Part shown: piece after piece, positions 63,439-64,000 of the stretch
How the letters are laid out: each line of letters opens with the position of its first letter
Position numbering within the stretch: the first letter of the stretch is position 1
From: Vicugna vicugna
Lineage: Eukaryota
DNA: 64,000 bases
NCBI GenBank assembly: GCA_013265495.1
Contig: MU057521.1
Location: 1,066,335 to 1,130,334 of the forward strand
Direction: 5' to 3'
The notes under the pieces: generated by a model
What the model saw: the letters and a program-made list of their open reading frames with translations, nothing else
What the model was told of the DNA's origin: nothing
Database searches by the model: none
Made by a program: the position numbers and the translations under genes

Positions 63439-63708
63439 AAAGAGTATTTCAGGCACAATGAAGGGTCCTGCCATTATTTAGGTAGCTGTAGCAGGAAAAG
63501 AGTCTTCTTGGGAAAGCTTCTGGCATTTTCTGCTTAAAATTTTTAGAAGCAAGTTTCTACTGTTCCTTTTCCATATTGGTTTTCCATATTGATTCTAATT
63601 ATTCAAACTGAGGAGCATTGTGCCATGAAGGATAACAATTCTGAACAAAATGCCACTTTGAAAATGATCTACATTTTCATGTAGAATAAAGTTGCTAGAA
63701 TTTTCCAG
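63439..63708 (+). other. Candidate non-coding exon
   Basis: Long pyrimidine tract ending tttccag at 63438; donor CAG|gtaaga after 63708. Confidence 0.3.
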
Positions 63709-63869
63709 GTAAGAGATAAAACTGTTTTCTTAGTTCCTTAGAATATGGAGCTAACGAGGCCAAGGATGCATCTCAAGTAAGTTACTATCAGAGGAAGAGA
63801 GGGAAAAGTCTTCATTGACAGCAACACTACCCCGATCCCCAAAAGGCAATTCAAGTGCTTGTCTTTTGG

Positions 63870-64000
63870 ATCAGTATTTAGTTCTGGAGGCCATTAGTCT
63901 CAAATCAAGGTGCTGGCAGGGCCACGCTCCCTCTGAAGGCCCTAAGAGAGGAGCCTTTCTTGCCTCTTTCGGCTTGTGGTGGTTTCACACATTACTTGGT
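63870..64000 (-). mobile_element. MLT1 LTR, runs off the window end
   Basis: agttctggaggcc...aaatcaaggtgctggcagggccacgctccctctgaaggc. Confidence 0.8.

Noticed and set aside
1..64000. Short ORFs in the six-frame track (60-146 aa) as protein-coding genes
   Set aside because: None resembles a protein I recognise; many lie within decayed repeats or microsatellites and many start at non-ATG codons

Overview
Repeat-rich, CpG-poor mammalian genomic DNA, probably camelid: a tRNA-Ala-derived SINE at 14161-14299 resembles Vic-1. I recognise no protein-coding gene, and most ORFs in the track lie inside decayed repeats. Much of the window is interspersed repeats: L1M, L2, MIR, MaLR (MLT1), MLT2 and other ERVL LTRs, ERV1 solo LTRs, a decayed ERV1-type internal region, and Tigger and hAT DNA transposons. 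Family names come from my recollection of consensus motifs, not from a database search, and most boundaries are approximate. The most interesting items are: (1) an LTR-centred CpG island at about 60.6-61.7 kb with YY1/E2F/ETS motifs and candidate downstream splice sites; (2) two minus-strand exon candidates at 26296-27002 that join in an open frame; (3) an old ~270-bp local duplication (7516-7782 and 10506-10780); (4) a perfect 64-bp tandem duplication; (5) a young L1 3' end with an 18-bp TSD; (6) a small CpG-dense patch at 17.5 kb. Nothing here demonstrates a new biological system; the best leads are unannotated transcripts or regulatory elements.
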